64,000 bases of DNA from IMG/VR virus record IMGVR_UViG_3300020183_000009. One strand, 5' to 3'. Below are positions 37,887-47,882 of this stretch, in pieces. A program made the translations under genes and the position numbers. The notes under the pieces were generated by a model, which was given only the letters and a program-made list of their open reading frames with translations, did no database searches and had not been told where the DNA came from. How positions within the stretch are numbered: the first letter of the stretch is position 1; each line of letters begins with the position of its first letter. The stretch comes from a virus.

Positions 37887-39455
37887 TTATTGAGTGTTAC
37901 GATTATATTTCATAAGTTCACTTATCCTATTAAATTCTTCATTTAATATTTTTTCTTTTTTAGGATTGTTACTTTCGGTAGTGGTCAATCTAACACCATC
38001 ACCATCTGAATATCCAGGTTTCTTATCTTTTGTCGCAAAGATAGGTTGTGGTGATTTATTAGCCGCTTTTTTAGATAAGATATCTAATTTATGTGCTTTT
38101 TGTTTTTTAAGTATTTTTTTATTAACATCAGTTTTAACTGAATTAGCATACTCATCACTGTTACCTGTTTTAGAAGACCCCGCAATGATTTCATCCATCC
38201 ACTCATCACTTGGGTGTATTTCATCGTAACTAATGTTTTCTTGACCTGGTCTTAGGTAATCATCGATAAACTCTTGTCCTTCATCACTCATGTTAAACCC
38301 TTTAATTTTACTTTTTTTCAAGTCTCCATTACTCATAGGGAAATTCTTAGGGTTTGTTTCATATTCTCCTTCCGAACCATCTTTTAAATAGTCTTTCATC
38401 TTTTTAGTTACCGATGCAAGATAATCTTTATTTTCTTTACCCGAACCTTTATAAGCTCTTTCATATTCGGCCATTCCTTTAGGTTTTGCTAAATTCTTCA
38501 AACCTTTAGATTCTTTTTCCAATATAATATTTTCAATTAAATTAACTATTTCTGACTCAGTAAGTTTAACCGATTCTTTTCTAACAGGTAGAGTTTTACC
38601 ACCGACTTTGAATGATTTTCTTCCTTCCTCTCTTGCATTATCTAAAGCCCCTGTGAAAGCATTACCTTCTTCCATGTCAGTTTCATCCATGTGTCTTTTG
38701 TTTCCTTTTCTTAACATTCTAAAGTCTTCAGCATCGATTCTACCATTATGGTTTTTATCAAGGTTTCTTTGTCTACCATGAAGTTTTTCATTCATATTCA
38801 TCTTCATAGAAGCCAAGTCTCTATTTGCTGACTTACCTGTACATTTCTCTCTATATCTTTCATCATTAGGTCCAAACATTTGTTTTTGATATTTACAAAA
38901 TGCGGAATTCTCCTCTTCTTCCTCTTCAGAGTCCCATTCATTTTCTTCATCTTCTTTATCAAAGAAACGACTTCTCATGGTTTCATCATCTTTTTCTTCC
39001 TCAAAATCCTCTTCAAAATCAAAATCAATATCGTCATATTCCTCAATATAATCGAAAGATTGTTCTTCATCACCAAATGGTTCTGCAACATCATAAATAC
39101 CTTCATCCATTTTAGGTAAACCACATTCCATACACATACCTTCAGAAACCATAGTTCCTGAACCACATTCACAAACATCTGATTCACTCAATTCAACCTC
39201 ATATAATGGTTCTTCATCATATTCTTCTTCGTCATCTCTTTCAATCTCAATGTCATCCATAGGTTGTTTTAATAAATATTCAAGTTCTTTGTCAGACATC
39301 TTAGCAATATTAAGTTTACCAAACTTAGGGTGGTTATCTTCCATACCACCTAATTCATTAATTTGTGACATGATATCATCGGCCTTTTCGTGTATATTCT
39401 CGTTAATGAATTTTTTCACTAATCTATCGATGTATTGATTATTAACTTTTTTCAT
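37887..39455 (-). CDS. large acidic modular protein, putative prohead core/scaffold
   Basis: Many [ILM]-x-E sites, internal VKLTESEI leader-like motif, EF-hand-like DKNHNGRIDAEDF, CECG..CMECG; TATTTAT upstream. Confidence 0.6.
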   Translation of the reverse strand: MKKVNNQYIDRLVKKFINENIHEKADDIMSQINELGGMEDNHPKFGKLNIAKMSDKELEYLLKQPMDDIEIERDDEEEYDEEPLYEVELSESDVCECGSGTMVSEGMCMECGLPKMDEGIYDVAEPFGDEEQSFDYIEEYDDIDFDFEEDFEEEKDDETMRSRFFDKEDEENEWDSEEEEEENSAFCKYQKQMFGPNDERYREKCTGKSANRDLASMKMNMNEKLHGRQRNLDKNHNGRIDAEDFRMLRKGNKRHMDETDMEEGNAFTGALDNAREEGRKSFKVGGKTLPVRKESVKLTESEIVNLIENIILEKESKGLKNLAKPKGMAEYERAYKGSGKENKDYLASVTKKMKDYLKDGSEGEYETNPKNFPMSNGDLKKSKIKGFNMSDEGQEFIDDYLRPGQENISYDEIHPSDEWMDEIIAGSSKTGNSDEYANSVKTDVNKKILKKQKAHKLDILSKKAANKSPQPIFATKDKKPGYSDGDGVRLTTTESNNPKKEKILNEEFNRISELMKYNRNTQ

Positions 39456-39479
39456 TTCTTTTTTATTTAATAAATATCT

Positions 39480-40367
39480 TTATTTATTGGATTTGTATTT
39501 TTGGTATTCATAAAATATGATATTCTTAAGCATATCTTCATTAATACCTTGTTTACGACTAACGTTTTTGATTACCTCAAGTAGGTCTTCATTCTCATTT
39601 GTCAATGTTAAAGCCTTAATATCACCTTGATTACAATATGGGAATTTTTTACATTTCTTTTTAACTTGAACAAACTTACCCCCTGGTATTTGTGTTTTTG
39701 ACTTACCTCTCCAATCTTTCTTTTTCATTGACTTAGCCCAAGCCGCAGGAGTTACATACGACCCTGCAGAACCTGAACCTGTGGCTTCAGTTGCTTCAAC
39801 CTTTTTAATTTCTTCGGTAGGTTCTTCATTCTCTCCCATTATAGGTTTCATTGAACTTATCTTTCCTATTGGGGTTTTTAATTTTTTAGAGTTTATAATC
39901 TTATCAACATCACTTTTCTTAAAAGTTTTTTTGATAATATCATTCTTTTTATTAGTTATTTTTTTGGGTGCTTCATCGGAGAACATTGTTAATTTTGGAG
40001 CTTCAAAATTTTCATTATATATATCCTTACCTATCTCCTCTAATTGTTTTTTGTTAATTGAAAACAGTGGTGAGGTAAACCCTCCTGCCGAACCTGACCC
40101 AGTCGCTTCTTTGTTTTCACTTTTTTTCTTTCTACCTTGACAATGTGCTTTTTGAGAGAATCCTTTGGGGTTGTTACAATCAATACTTTTCTTGTATTTT
40201 TCTGACCACTCTTCTTCAATGTCGTCATCCTCTTGGATTCCTTTTAACATACTATTAGCCGAAGTTAAAAACTCGGTACCACTCATTTGTGACGATAAGG
40301 CACCAAATTCATTACCCATAGCGTTTCTTAACGCTTTCCCTATTTTTGATTCTTCTTCGTTAATCAT
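39480..40367 (-). CDS. modular basic protein, putative virion protein
   Basis: Start MINEE (TAATG coupling); duplicated EATGSGSAG; two Cys-pair modules. Confidence 0.6.
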   Translation of the reverse strand: MINEEESKIGKALRNAMGNEFGALSSQMSGTEFLTSANSMLKGIQEDDDIEEEWSEKYKKSIDCNNPKGFSQKAHCQGRKKKSENKEATGSGSAGGFTSPLFSINKKQLEEIGKDIYNENFEAPKLTMFSDEAPKKITNKKNDIIKKTFKKSDVDKIINSKKLKTPIGKISSMKPIMGENEEPTEEIKKVEATEATGSGSAGSYVTPAAWAKSMKKKDWRGKSKTQIPGGKFVQVKKKCKKFPYCNQGDIKALTLTNENEDLLEVIKNVSRKQGINEDMLKNIIFYEYQKYKSNK

Positions 40368-40612
40368 TATGCTCTTCTTAGTCTTGGTGACCAAGTACTT
40401 CTTTGGGTCCACATGTACTCATAGAACTCCGTAAATATTCGTATTACAAGTTCTTTAGCCTCAGTTTCTAATTTACCTCTTCTAAGTTCCTTAGCCATTA
40501 TGTCTATGATTTTATCTTCATACTGTTTCATTGTATTACTACCAATAAAATCTTTAACTTCCTTCTTAATTAAAGTTTCAATTTCTCTCTTATCTGACGC
40601 GCTTAATGCCAT
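40367..40612 (-). CDS. hypothetical protein
   Basis: Coupled ORF. Confidence 0.7.
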   Translation of the reverse strand: MALSASDKREIETLIKKEVKDFIGSNTMKQYEDKIIDIMAKELRRGKLETEAKELVIRIFTEFYEYMWTQRSTWSPRLRRA

Positions 40613-41046
40613 TATTTAAATGCTATTATATAAACTAATGTCGCCGCAAAAAAAGCGGTAACGGATTCAATAATTGTGTGTTTTGTTTTCATTGTCTTGA
40701 TATCTTTTCTTAATTTCTCATTTTCATCATAAACAATTTTAAATTTTTCCTCAGTCTTAACCATAACTACGGAAGATAAACTATCCTTTAAATTCAAGGA
40801 CCCAATGACATTATCTTTTTGGATTATTTTATTATTTAACTGAAGAACTTCTTTTTCAGTTAATTTTAAAATTTCTTCAGTTCTATCACAATCATTTAAA
40901 TCAATTAAAATCTGTCTGCCCACTTCAACAGGAAAACAAAGTTTTGTTGTGTCAATCTTATTATTTGGTGTTGTACTATTTTTATTAGTTTGTGTAAAAC
41001 CAAATGTGGAAATAGAAAGTAATAGTGTTATTAACAAAGTTTTCAT
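40612..41046 (-). CDS. exported coiled-coil membrane protein, spanin-like
   Basis: Signal peptide, coiled coil, C-terminal TM helix. Confidence 0.5.
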   Translation of the reverse strand: MKTLLITLLLSISTFGFTQTNKNSTTPNNKIDTTKLCFPVEVGRQILIDLNDCDRTEEILKLTEKEVLQLNNKIIQKDNVIGSLNLKDSLSSVVMVKTEEKFKIVYDENEKLRKDIKTMKTKHTIIESVTAFFAATLVYIIAFK

Positions 41047-41047
41047 T

Positions 41048-41413
41048 TTAATATTTATATCTTGCTCTAAGTAAACTATCGATTTCCCTTGCGGTTGATT
41101 TACTAAGTTTACCTTCTTTTATTTCGTAAAAATTATTAACGACACTTTTCTCTATTTTTATTTTAGATATCGTTGAGTCTATTTTTCTAATTTTCTCATT
41201 ATAAAGATTAATGGATTCATCAATTTTTTTTCTTTGTTCCATTATTGAATTAATCTCTTTATTTAAATGTTCTAATTTATATTTAATTAATTCTGAGTTA
41301 TCTGGTGTTGGTGTGAAAGTTCTAACTAATAAATAAACTAATAAAACCCCTAATAGTGTTAAAATAATATTTTTATAATTTCTAATAAAAAATTCTTTTA
41401 AAAACTCTTTCAT
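41048..41413 (-). CDS. i-spanin-like protein
   Basis: N-terminal TM helix then coiled coil; near amidase gene. Confidence 0.5.
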   Translation of the reverse strand: MKEFLKEFFIRNYKNIILTLLGVLLVYLLVRTFTPTPDNSELIKYKLEHLNKEINSIMEQRKKIDESINLYNEKIRKIDSTISKIKIEKSVVNNFYEIKEGKLSKSTAREIDSLLRARYKY

Positions 41414-42048
41414 TATTGTTTTGTTTTTTTTCTTGATGCTAATATCTTAGCCCATTTAGATTTAAATTTTTCGTAATATTTTTGTAATTTGGTAATCATT
41501 TCAATAAATTCCTTGTCAGTTTTTATCATATCCCCATTTATGTAGATTCCACTATCTTCACCGATTGTATACATAAATTCAATGTCATAATCTATAATCT
41601 TACCTGACCACTCAACATTATTTTGATATACGTTAAGTTTATTAAAATCAACTAAATCAGAAACGTCAGTAACAAACTCATCCATAGTTTCTTGGAAAGC
41701 AATTTTTTCATCGGTTGTTAATTCAAGTTCTGTTTTATCTCTACCATGAAGTACTAAAATACCCCCCGAGATTCTGTACGCTTGTTTTTTTTCGTCTTTT
41801 TTCTCAATTTCCACATCTCCATCAACATCATCCGCAGTTTCGTACTCCTCCTCATCTTTATCGATAGAATCTTCGATGGATTTACCTATGTTTATTTTCT
41901 TAGTTATATCAGCAGTCTCATATTCTTGTTCTGTAATAATTCCATATTGTTTCTTTATGTCATTATTTTCGAACAATGAATTACCGTTATCCAATAGATT
42001 TCTTGACGCTTTTAATAATCTTTTTATTTCATCATGTGAATTGTTCAT
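41413..42048 (-). CDS. ITE-containing putative virion protein
   Basis: DEIKRLL...YGIITEQ leader. Confidence 0.65.
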   Translation of the reverse strand: MNNSHDEIKRLLKASRNLLDNGNSLFENNDIKKQYGIITEQEYETADITKKINIGKSIEDSIDKDEEEYETADDVDGDVEIEKKDEKKQAYRISGGILVLHGRDKTELELTTDEKIAFQETMDEFVTDVSDLVDFNKLNVYQNNVEWSGKIIDYDIEFMYTIGEDSGIYINGDMIKTDKEFIEMITKLQKYYEKFKSKWAKILASRKKTKQ

Positions 42049-42637
42049 TGTCAACTTCTTTTATAAAATTTTCAAAACTGAATGAGGGACTAACGTCAGT
42101 AAAAATTGAATCATAATTACTTCTAGTTGTCACTCCTTCGTATTTCTCAACTCCGTTTATTTTTGTATTATGTCCGATAATATTCTTTTTAATCCCTGTT
42201 TCCTCAAACAATTTTTTAATTAATTCAACAGTTGAGGTTATCTGTTCTTCAGTGTACGGGTCCCAAAAAAAATAGTCTCTCCACTTTTTTTCAAAAGCTT
42301 TACCTTTATAAATATCACCAATCCAGTTAACGTAATAATCTTTTAGAGGTTCTTTTTGTAACCAACCTAAATTTTCTAAAGAAATCACAATAGAGTTCTT
42401 GTTAATACTCTCTTTAGGGAATATTTCTGAGTACTCATTGTTATTTAACAATTGTAGTACCTTACCATTTTTGGTTACTATATAATTTGGGATTTTCTTA
42501 AATTTTCCGTTGTATCGGTATTTTAAGGATTGTAAATAATTCTCAACATTTCTTGATGTATGTATCAATATTATTTGTGACTTTTTTTTATTTTTTCCTA
42601 AAGATTTAAACTCTCCATACTTTTCAACATCAAACAT
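42032..42637 (-). CDS. divergent Amidase_2-fold protein
   Basis: IILIHT, NKNSIVISLE, WRDYFFWDPYTEEQI, IIGHN; collinear with the amidase domain at 5531..6409. Confidence 0.75.
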   Translation of the reverse strand: MFDVEKYGEFKSLGKNKKKSQIILIHTSRNVENYLQSLKYRYNGKFKKIPNYIVTKNGKVLQLLNNNEYSEIFPKESINKNSIVISLENLGWLQKEPLKDYYVNWIGDIYKGKAFEKKWRDYFFWDPYTEEQITSTVELIKKLFEETGIKKNIIGHNTKINGVEKYEGVTTRSNYDSIFTDVSPSFSFENFIKEVDNEQFT

Positions 42638-42664
42638 TCCATAACTAATTTGAAGTTTATTAGG

Positions 42665-43444
42665 TTAAACTTTTTTTGTGTAAGTTAATCTTCTAACTCT
42701 GTCTTCTTTATTTTCTTCGGTTTTGGAAGGAAATAAATAAGCCTCGACTAAATCGTCACTTAAAATTTTATCATCTTCAATAATATCTTCTTCAACATGG
42801 TAAGGTGTAAACGCCAATGCACTTGGTTCTTCCTCGATTTCTTCTTCTGTTGGATTTGTGGGTAGTTTACCTTCTTCTTTAAGTTCATTAACTTTTTTCC
42901 ATACTTTTTCAGATTCTTTCTTCAAATCAGATTTAGGTTCTTCTTCTAATTCTTCTACAATATCTTCAGATATTTTTTTAGTTTCATCTTCATATTTTAC
43001 AAAAAAATGTAGTGAGGTTAATGATATTATTGGTAATAAACCACCTTCTAAGAAAGCTAACCATCTTTTCATAGCAGGAATATCTGAAGGGTCAGAACCA
43101 ATCATTTCCCAAACAGGACTTGTTAATTCCACCCAAGATTTAAATAAATCCCCATTAGGGTCAATCTCTTTATATGAGAAGAATATATTACCTATCATTT
43201 GAATAAACGTTACTAATCCAAACATAAACCAAACACCACCTCTAATTTTATTAGTTGCAGCAACAAGAGCGGTCATTGCCCCTACTTCAATCGCTATTGA
43301 AAGATAAATTGCCCAACTTAGTGGATTTGCGATATTATACCAAGAGACCACATGGGAAATTGAAATCACTGCAACTAAAATTATAGGGACTAAGAACATA
43401 GTCCTATTAGGATTATTCTTTATCCATTCCCAAATTTTCTTCAT
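42665..43444 (-). CDS. multi-TM membrane protein with acidic tail (holin candidate)
   Basis: Four hydrophobic segments; adjacent to amidase and spanin-like genes. Confidence 0.55.
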   Translation of the reverse strand: MKKIWEWIKNNPNRTMFLVPIILVAVISISHVVSWYNIANPLSWAIYLSIAIEVGAMTALVAATNKIRGGVWFMFGLVTFIQMIGNIFFSYKEIDPNGDLFKSWVELTSPVWEMIGSDPSDIPAMKRWLAFLEGGLLPIISLTSLHFFVKYEDETKKISEDIVEELEEEPKSDLKKESEKVWKKVNELKEEGKLPTNPTEEEIEEEPSALAFTPYHVEEDIIEDDKILSDDLVEAYLFPSKTEENKEDRVRRLTYTKKV

Positions 43445-43770
43445 TTTTGTAATTCTTTAATATTTTTTTTAACAACCATATGTAACTGCATTAATTGTTC
43501 ACCTCTATCTTTACTTGAGATATAATTATCGTACTCAGTATGTACTTTAATTTTTTCAATCCTAATTACCTCAGATATATTTTTAATAGTGTCTTTTTGA
43601 CCATTTATAATTTTAGTTAAACTATCAACCATTTCTGTTTGTTTAGTCTCATTTTTTTCAAATTTTCTAACTTCTCCTGATTTTATACAAGACCTAAAAA
43701 AGAATATAAATAATAAAGTTGATAGAATATGTATTCTATATTTTTTAATAAATTCAATAAATTTTTTCAT
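43441..43770 (-). CDS. membrane-anchored or lipoprotein
   Basis: Hydrophobic stretch ending FFRSC, then coiled coil. Confidence 0.6.
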   Translation of the reverse strand: MKKFIEFIKKYRIHILSTLLFIFFFRSCIKSGEVRKFEKNETKQTEMVDSLTKIINGQKDTIKNISEVIRIEKIKVHTEYDNYISSKDRGEQLMQLHMVVKKNIKELQK

Positions 43771-43792
43771 AATAATATTTTTTATAAAATTA

Positions 43793-43826
43793 AAAAACCT
43801 TCTATCATAATAAATAGAAGGTTTTT
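43793..43826 (-). terminator. intrinsic terminator
   Basis: AAAAACCTTCTAT/ATAGAAGGTTTTT stem downstream of sigma gene. Confidence 0.75.
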
Positions 43827-43832
43827 CTTTTT

Positions 43833-44633
43833 TTACATATAGTCGAATAATATCGACCCATCGTTCCTCAATTTTCTGAGGGCTTTTTCTTTAATCTGTC
43901 TAACCCTTTCTTTGGTAAGTTTAAAATCACCACCAATTTCTTCAAGAGTTCTAGGGGTCCCTGTAAAACCAAAGTAATCCTCGATAATAACTCGTTCTCT
44001 TTCATCTAAACTATTAAGTAATACCATAAGTTGGGTTTTTAACATATCTTTACTATTGAAAACTCCGTCAGGCATATCTGCATCATCATTCTTGATTATG
44101 TCCAATAGAGTGTCGAATTCATCGTTGATGTTCATATCCAAATCAATGGTTGATGGTAGATTTAAAAATTTGTCGTCTAAACTACCTCCGTTACTTTCAA
44201 CTTCTTTCTTAGCTCGATGTAAATCTTGGATTACATTTACAGGGAGTCTGATTGTCCTTGCATTATCATTCAATGATTGTAAAATAGATTGTTTTACCCA
44301 CCAAACCGCATATGAGATAAATCTAAGGTCTTTACCCCAATCAAAATTTTTGATTGCTTTCATCAACCCAAGATTACCTTCAGCAATTAAGTCAGGAAAA
44401 TCAAGACCTTGATTTTGATACTGTTTTGCAACTGTAATCACAAATCTAAGATTACCTTCAAGTAATTCTTTGTGAATAGATTCTACTTGTCGAGATGTCA
44501 AATTACCTGACTTCATTAGTTTAGCTAATTCTCTCTCCCTTTCAGGTGTCATAACCTTAATCTTTCTTATATCTTTCAGATAATGTTGTATTTCTTCCTG
44601 ATTAATAGGAATCCCTGAGTTTTTTTCCTTCAT
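43833..44633 (-). CDS. RNA polymerase sigma-70 factor, short Bacteroidota RpoD-like
   Basis: YLKDI, NLRFVITVAKQYQNQGL..DLI.EGN.GL, RFISYAVWW, RTIRLP, TLEEIG..LTKERVRQIKEKALR. Confidence 0.93.
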   Translation of the reverse strand: MKEKNSGIPINQEEIQHYLKDIRKIKVMTPERERELAKLMKSGNLTSRQVESIHKELLEGNLRFVITVAKQYQNQGLDFPDLIAEGNLGLMKAIKNFDWGKDLRFISYAVWWVKQSILQSLNDNARTIRLPVNVIQDLHRAKKEVESNGGSLDDKFLNLPSTIDLDMNINDEFDTLLDIIKNDDADMPDGVFNSKDMLKTQLMVLLNSLDERERVIIEDYFGFTGTPRTLEEIGGDFKLTKERVRQIKEKALRKLRNDGSILFDYM

Positions 44634-44634
44634 A

Positions 44635-45171
44635 TTATTTTGTATATTTTTTTAACAATTCTTTTTCGTATGATGATAGTGATTCATAACCATAATCCGC
44701 TATTTTATCAAATAATTCATCAAAAGTAATTTCTTTTTTCTTATTTTTTTTGATTTTTAATAAATCATCTTCTTCAGATTCGGTTAATACCATGTCTGTT
44801 TCTTCTTCCAAATCCCCAAAAAACAATTTTTGTACCTCTAATTGTTCTTCTAAAGTATTTGTGTCTTCTTTGGAAGGATTGTCAGTATTAAACAAGTGAT
44901 TCTCGATTTTTGGGTCTAACCAATATGACATTTTGTCAGGTTCATGTCTGATAAGGAAATAAACTATACCTGAATCTCCCAATACCATTGAAAAGTAGTC
45001 GTGTATCTTTTGTTCCTCATCAAATGTTTTAAATACAAATATTGATGATTCAGGTCCGTAATAATATTTAATATCTGATTTACCAACTACCGATACTATA
45101 TCTTCAGCTAAGACTTTAACAAACGCTCCTTGATTTTTGTGTGTTGCGAAAACGAATAAAATGTATTCCAT
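44635..45171 (-). CDS. hypothetical protein
   Basis: C-terminal DELFDKI...GYESLS..EK motif; TAAATTTG promoter. Confidence 0.75.
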   Translation of the reverse strand: MEYILFVFATHKNQGAFVKVLAEDIVSVVGKSDIKYYYGPESSIFVFKTFDEEQKIHDYFSMVLGDSGIVYFLIRHEPDKMSYWLDPKIENHLFNTDNPSKEDTNTLEEQLEVQKLFFGDLEEETDMVLTESEEDDLLKIKKNKKKEITFDELFDKIADYGYESLSSYEKELLKKYTK

Positions 45172-45224
45172 AAACTATAAACTAATTGTTTTACAAATTT
45201 AATAAACCTTTTTGAATCTACAAA

Positions 45225-47597
45225 TTACTGGGTGACAAAACTTATATTATTTTCTTTACGTATTTTAATTACATTATCCGACCAATTGGATACCAATGGG
45301 TTATGGGTGATAACAAAAATTTTCTCAAAATATTCTTTAATTTTAATAAAGAATTCTGAAACCATTTCTAAATTATCGTTTGATATTTTACCAAATACTT
45401 CATCAAATACAATAATGTTAGGTTTAGGTAATGAACATATTTTACTTAGGACCGCTCTCAACGCTAGTGAGGCAATTGTTCTTTCATATCCTGAACCTGA
45501 CGACATTAATTTTTCAACTTGGGTATTATTATCAATCATAATAAATTCTACTTCATTTTTATCGTTGATTCTAATTTCTAATCTAAAGTGAGAACTATCT
45601 TCCAACAATCTTTGTAGTTCTGAATTAATTAATGGCATCATGGTTTTCATAATCATTTTAGAAATCCCATTTTTACCATAAATCTCAAGGTATGTTTTAT
45701 ATATCTTTTCTTTCTCAGATTCTTCAGAAATCTTTTTAATCTTAATATTATTTTGTTCTATCTTTTCTTTATACGAAGAAATTTGATAATTGTTACTATC
45801 AATTTTTCTTGTTATAGAATTTTTCTCAGCTTCCAACTCATCAATTCTTAAACCCGCTTTTATTATCTGTGTCTCGAGTTTTTCATTTGCAGAAATCTTA
45901 TCCTGTAATTCATTATACTTTGAGAGTTTTTCTTCAAGCCCTTTTATTTTCAAGTCAAAACTTTCAATACTAAGTTCATATTTTTCTTTGATTAACTTAT
46001 TTTTTTCGTACTCATCAAACTCTTTTTTTAACTTAACAAAACTTTGTTCTTTGTAGGATAAATCCTGCATAACAATCGTTTTTGTGGTCTTTTGCACGAT
46101 AAGTCCGTCAAGTTCCGCAATTTTAGCATTTGTGATTGCTGCGTTCATTAACTCAATACCACAGTGTTCACACTTGATTCCACCCTCTACTTCAGACTTT
46201 AACTTATTAATTGATGAAATCTCGGTATCAACTTGAATAATTTTTTTGTAAATCTCATTATATTGTTCTTTGACCTCATCGTGTTTGTCCTCATGGTAAA
46301 ACTCAGATGGTTCAATAACATTTATCAATGATAATTGATTTTCAACACCTTTTTTTTGCGTTTTAAAATATTCTATTTCACCTAAAACTTTATCAGGTGA
46401 TAACAAACTAATCTCTTTATCAATATCAGTATGTTTACTTTTGAGTAGGTTGTCTCGGTATTCCTGTCCTTTTATTATCCTATTTTGAACGTCAATTAAA
46501 TTAGTTTGTTGGGTCATGTTGTTCTCATCAAAACTTTTAATTTGTTCAGAGTATGTTTCGTTATCAGTCTTAAGTTTTTCACTACTATATACGTTTGATA
46601 ACATTGATTTGGAGAATTCACTATATATTTCTTTACCAACTTCTTCTTTCTTTTTTAAGAAATCCAATCCCATGAACCTAGAAAGTACCTGACCTCTTGC
46701 AGTTGGTTTAGAGTCAATCAAATCTTCTAAATTAGTTGCGGTAGTTAATATTGTCATTAAGAAGTCGTCTTTAGAACCTATGGATGTTTTAATGAATGAT
46801 TCAGTTTCTCTACGTTGTTCCCCTGTAAAATTTTGTAAACTACCATCGGATAACTTTTTGAAGAAGTCTAATTCTGTTTTTACATTCCAATCCCCACTTT
46901 TAGATTTCTTTCTTTCAATGTTCCTAACAATAATATATTCTTCACCGTCAATTACAATCTCACCTTTAACGTGTACTTTATTCTTATCTGTAAATCTATT
47001 GAATATTTCCTCAGCTTTACTTGTTTTAGTTGTTTCATTAAAGAATAAGAATAGTAGTAAGTCAACACTTAATACTGTTTTTCCTCCAAAATTTGGTGGA
47101 TTTGATTCAACAACTGAAATACCGTTACATTTATCAAAATCAATTCTTTGGTTTTCTCCGTATGAAAGGAAATTTGAAAACTCTATGTTTTTAATGAACC
47201 ATCTTTTGAATGGTGTTACGTCAGTTTCATTAGCCAATAGTTTATTATCAACAATGTTGTCCAAGTTTGAAACATCATCAATAATGTTTTTTTGTGATTT
47301 GTTTTCAAGATAAGATTTAACAAGTTCTACCTGATAATTTTTATCCAAGATATTAAATGATATATCAACATTGTGAGTAACATCTTCCGAAACTTTAGTT
47401 TTGGTTATAACATTAACATTTGTCGTGTTGTACTTCTTTTGGAAGTAATGTCTAACACTTTTAATTTTTTCTTGGGTGAAATTTTCAGCATGGTCTTCCC
47501 ATATCACTTGTAGATATGGGTTGTCCAAATTGGTAAAATCCAATTCTTTTATCATTATTTTGTAATTAAAATTTACAGGTGGATTAAATAAATCCAT
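45225..47597 (-). CDS. SbcC/Rad50-like (T4 gp46-like) ATPase
   Basis: NFLSYG, Walker A NFGGKT, coiled coils with CEHC zinc hook, signature GSGYE, Walker B VFDEVFG, ITH. Confidence 0.92.
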   Translation of the reverse strand: MDLFNPPVNFNYKIMIKELDFTNLDNPYLQVIWEDHAENFTQEKIKSVRHYFQKKYNTTNVNVITKTKVSEDVTHNVDISFNILDKNYQVELVKSYLENKSQKNIIDDVSNLDNIVDNKLLANETDVTPFKRWFIKNIEFSNFLSYGENQRIDFDKCNGISVVESNPPNFGGKTVLSVDLLLFLFFNETTKTSKAEEIFNRFTDKNKVHVKGEIVIDGEEYIIVRNIERKKSKSGDWNVKTELDFFKKLSDGSLQNFTGEQRRETESFIKTSIGSKDDFLMTILTTATNLEDLIDSKPTARGQVLSRFMGLDFLKKKEEVGKEIYSEFSKSMLSNVYSSEKLKTDNETYSEQIKSFDENNMTQQTNLIDVQNRIIKGQEYRDNLLKSKHTDIDKEISLLSPDKVLGEIEYFKTQKKGVENQLSLINVIEPSEFYHEDKHDEVKEQYNEIYKKIIQVDTEISSINKLKSEVEGGIKCEHCGIELMNAAITNAKIAELDGLIVQKTTKTIVMQDLSYKEQSFVKLKKEFDEYEKNKLIKEKYELSIESFDLKIKGLEEKLSKYNELQDKISANEKLETQIIKAGLRIDELEAEKNSITRKIDSNNYQISSYKEKIEQNNIKIKKISEESEKEKIYKTYLEIYGKNGISKMIMKTMMPLINSELQRLLEDSSHFRLEIRINDKNEVEFIMIDNNTQVEKLMSSGSGYERTIASLALRAVLSKICSLPKPNIIVFDEVFGKISNDNLEMVSEFFIKIKEYFEKIFVITHNPLVSNWSDNVIKIRKENNISFVTQ

Positions 47598-47598
47598 T

Positions 47599-47865
47599 TT
47601 ATTTTTCTAACTTAGAAATTTGGTCTTCAGTTGGTTTTTCTTCTTGGGTTGATTCTTCCACTACTACGTCAGTAATATTTTCAGCGTTTAATTCTTCATT
47701 TTCAGTTAAACCTGAAAATTTATCCGTAAACTCTTTTAATTTTTGTTCCATCATTTCAGAATACAACTTATTCATTTTTTTACGTTCCATTTCCAATTTT
47801 TGGTTTCTATCTTTTACTCTTTTGTTGTGGGATTTTTTACCCCCTCGTTTTCTTGATTGTGGCAT
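47599..47865 (-). CDS. hypothetical protein
   Basis: Basic N-terminus, acidic tail. Confidence 0.7.
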   Translation of the reverse strand: MPQSRKRGGKKSHNKRVKDRNQKLEMERKKMNKLYSEMMEQKLKEFTDKFSGLTENEELNAENITDVVVEESTQEEKPTEDQISKLEK

Positions 47866-47882
47866 AAATTTTTTATTTAAAT

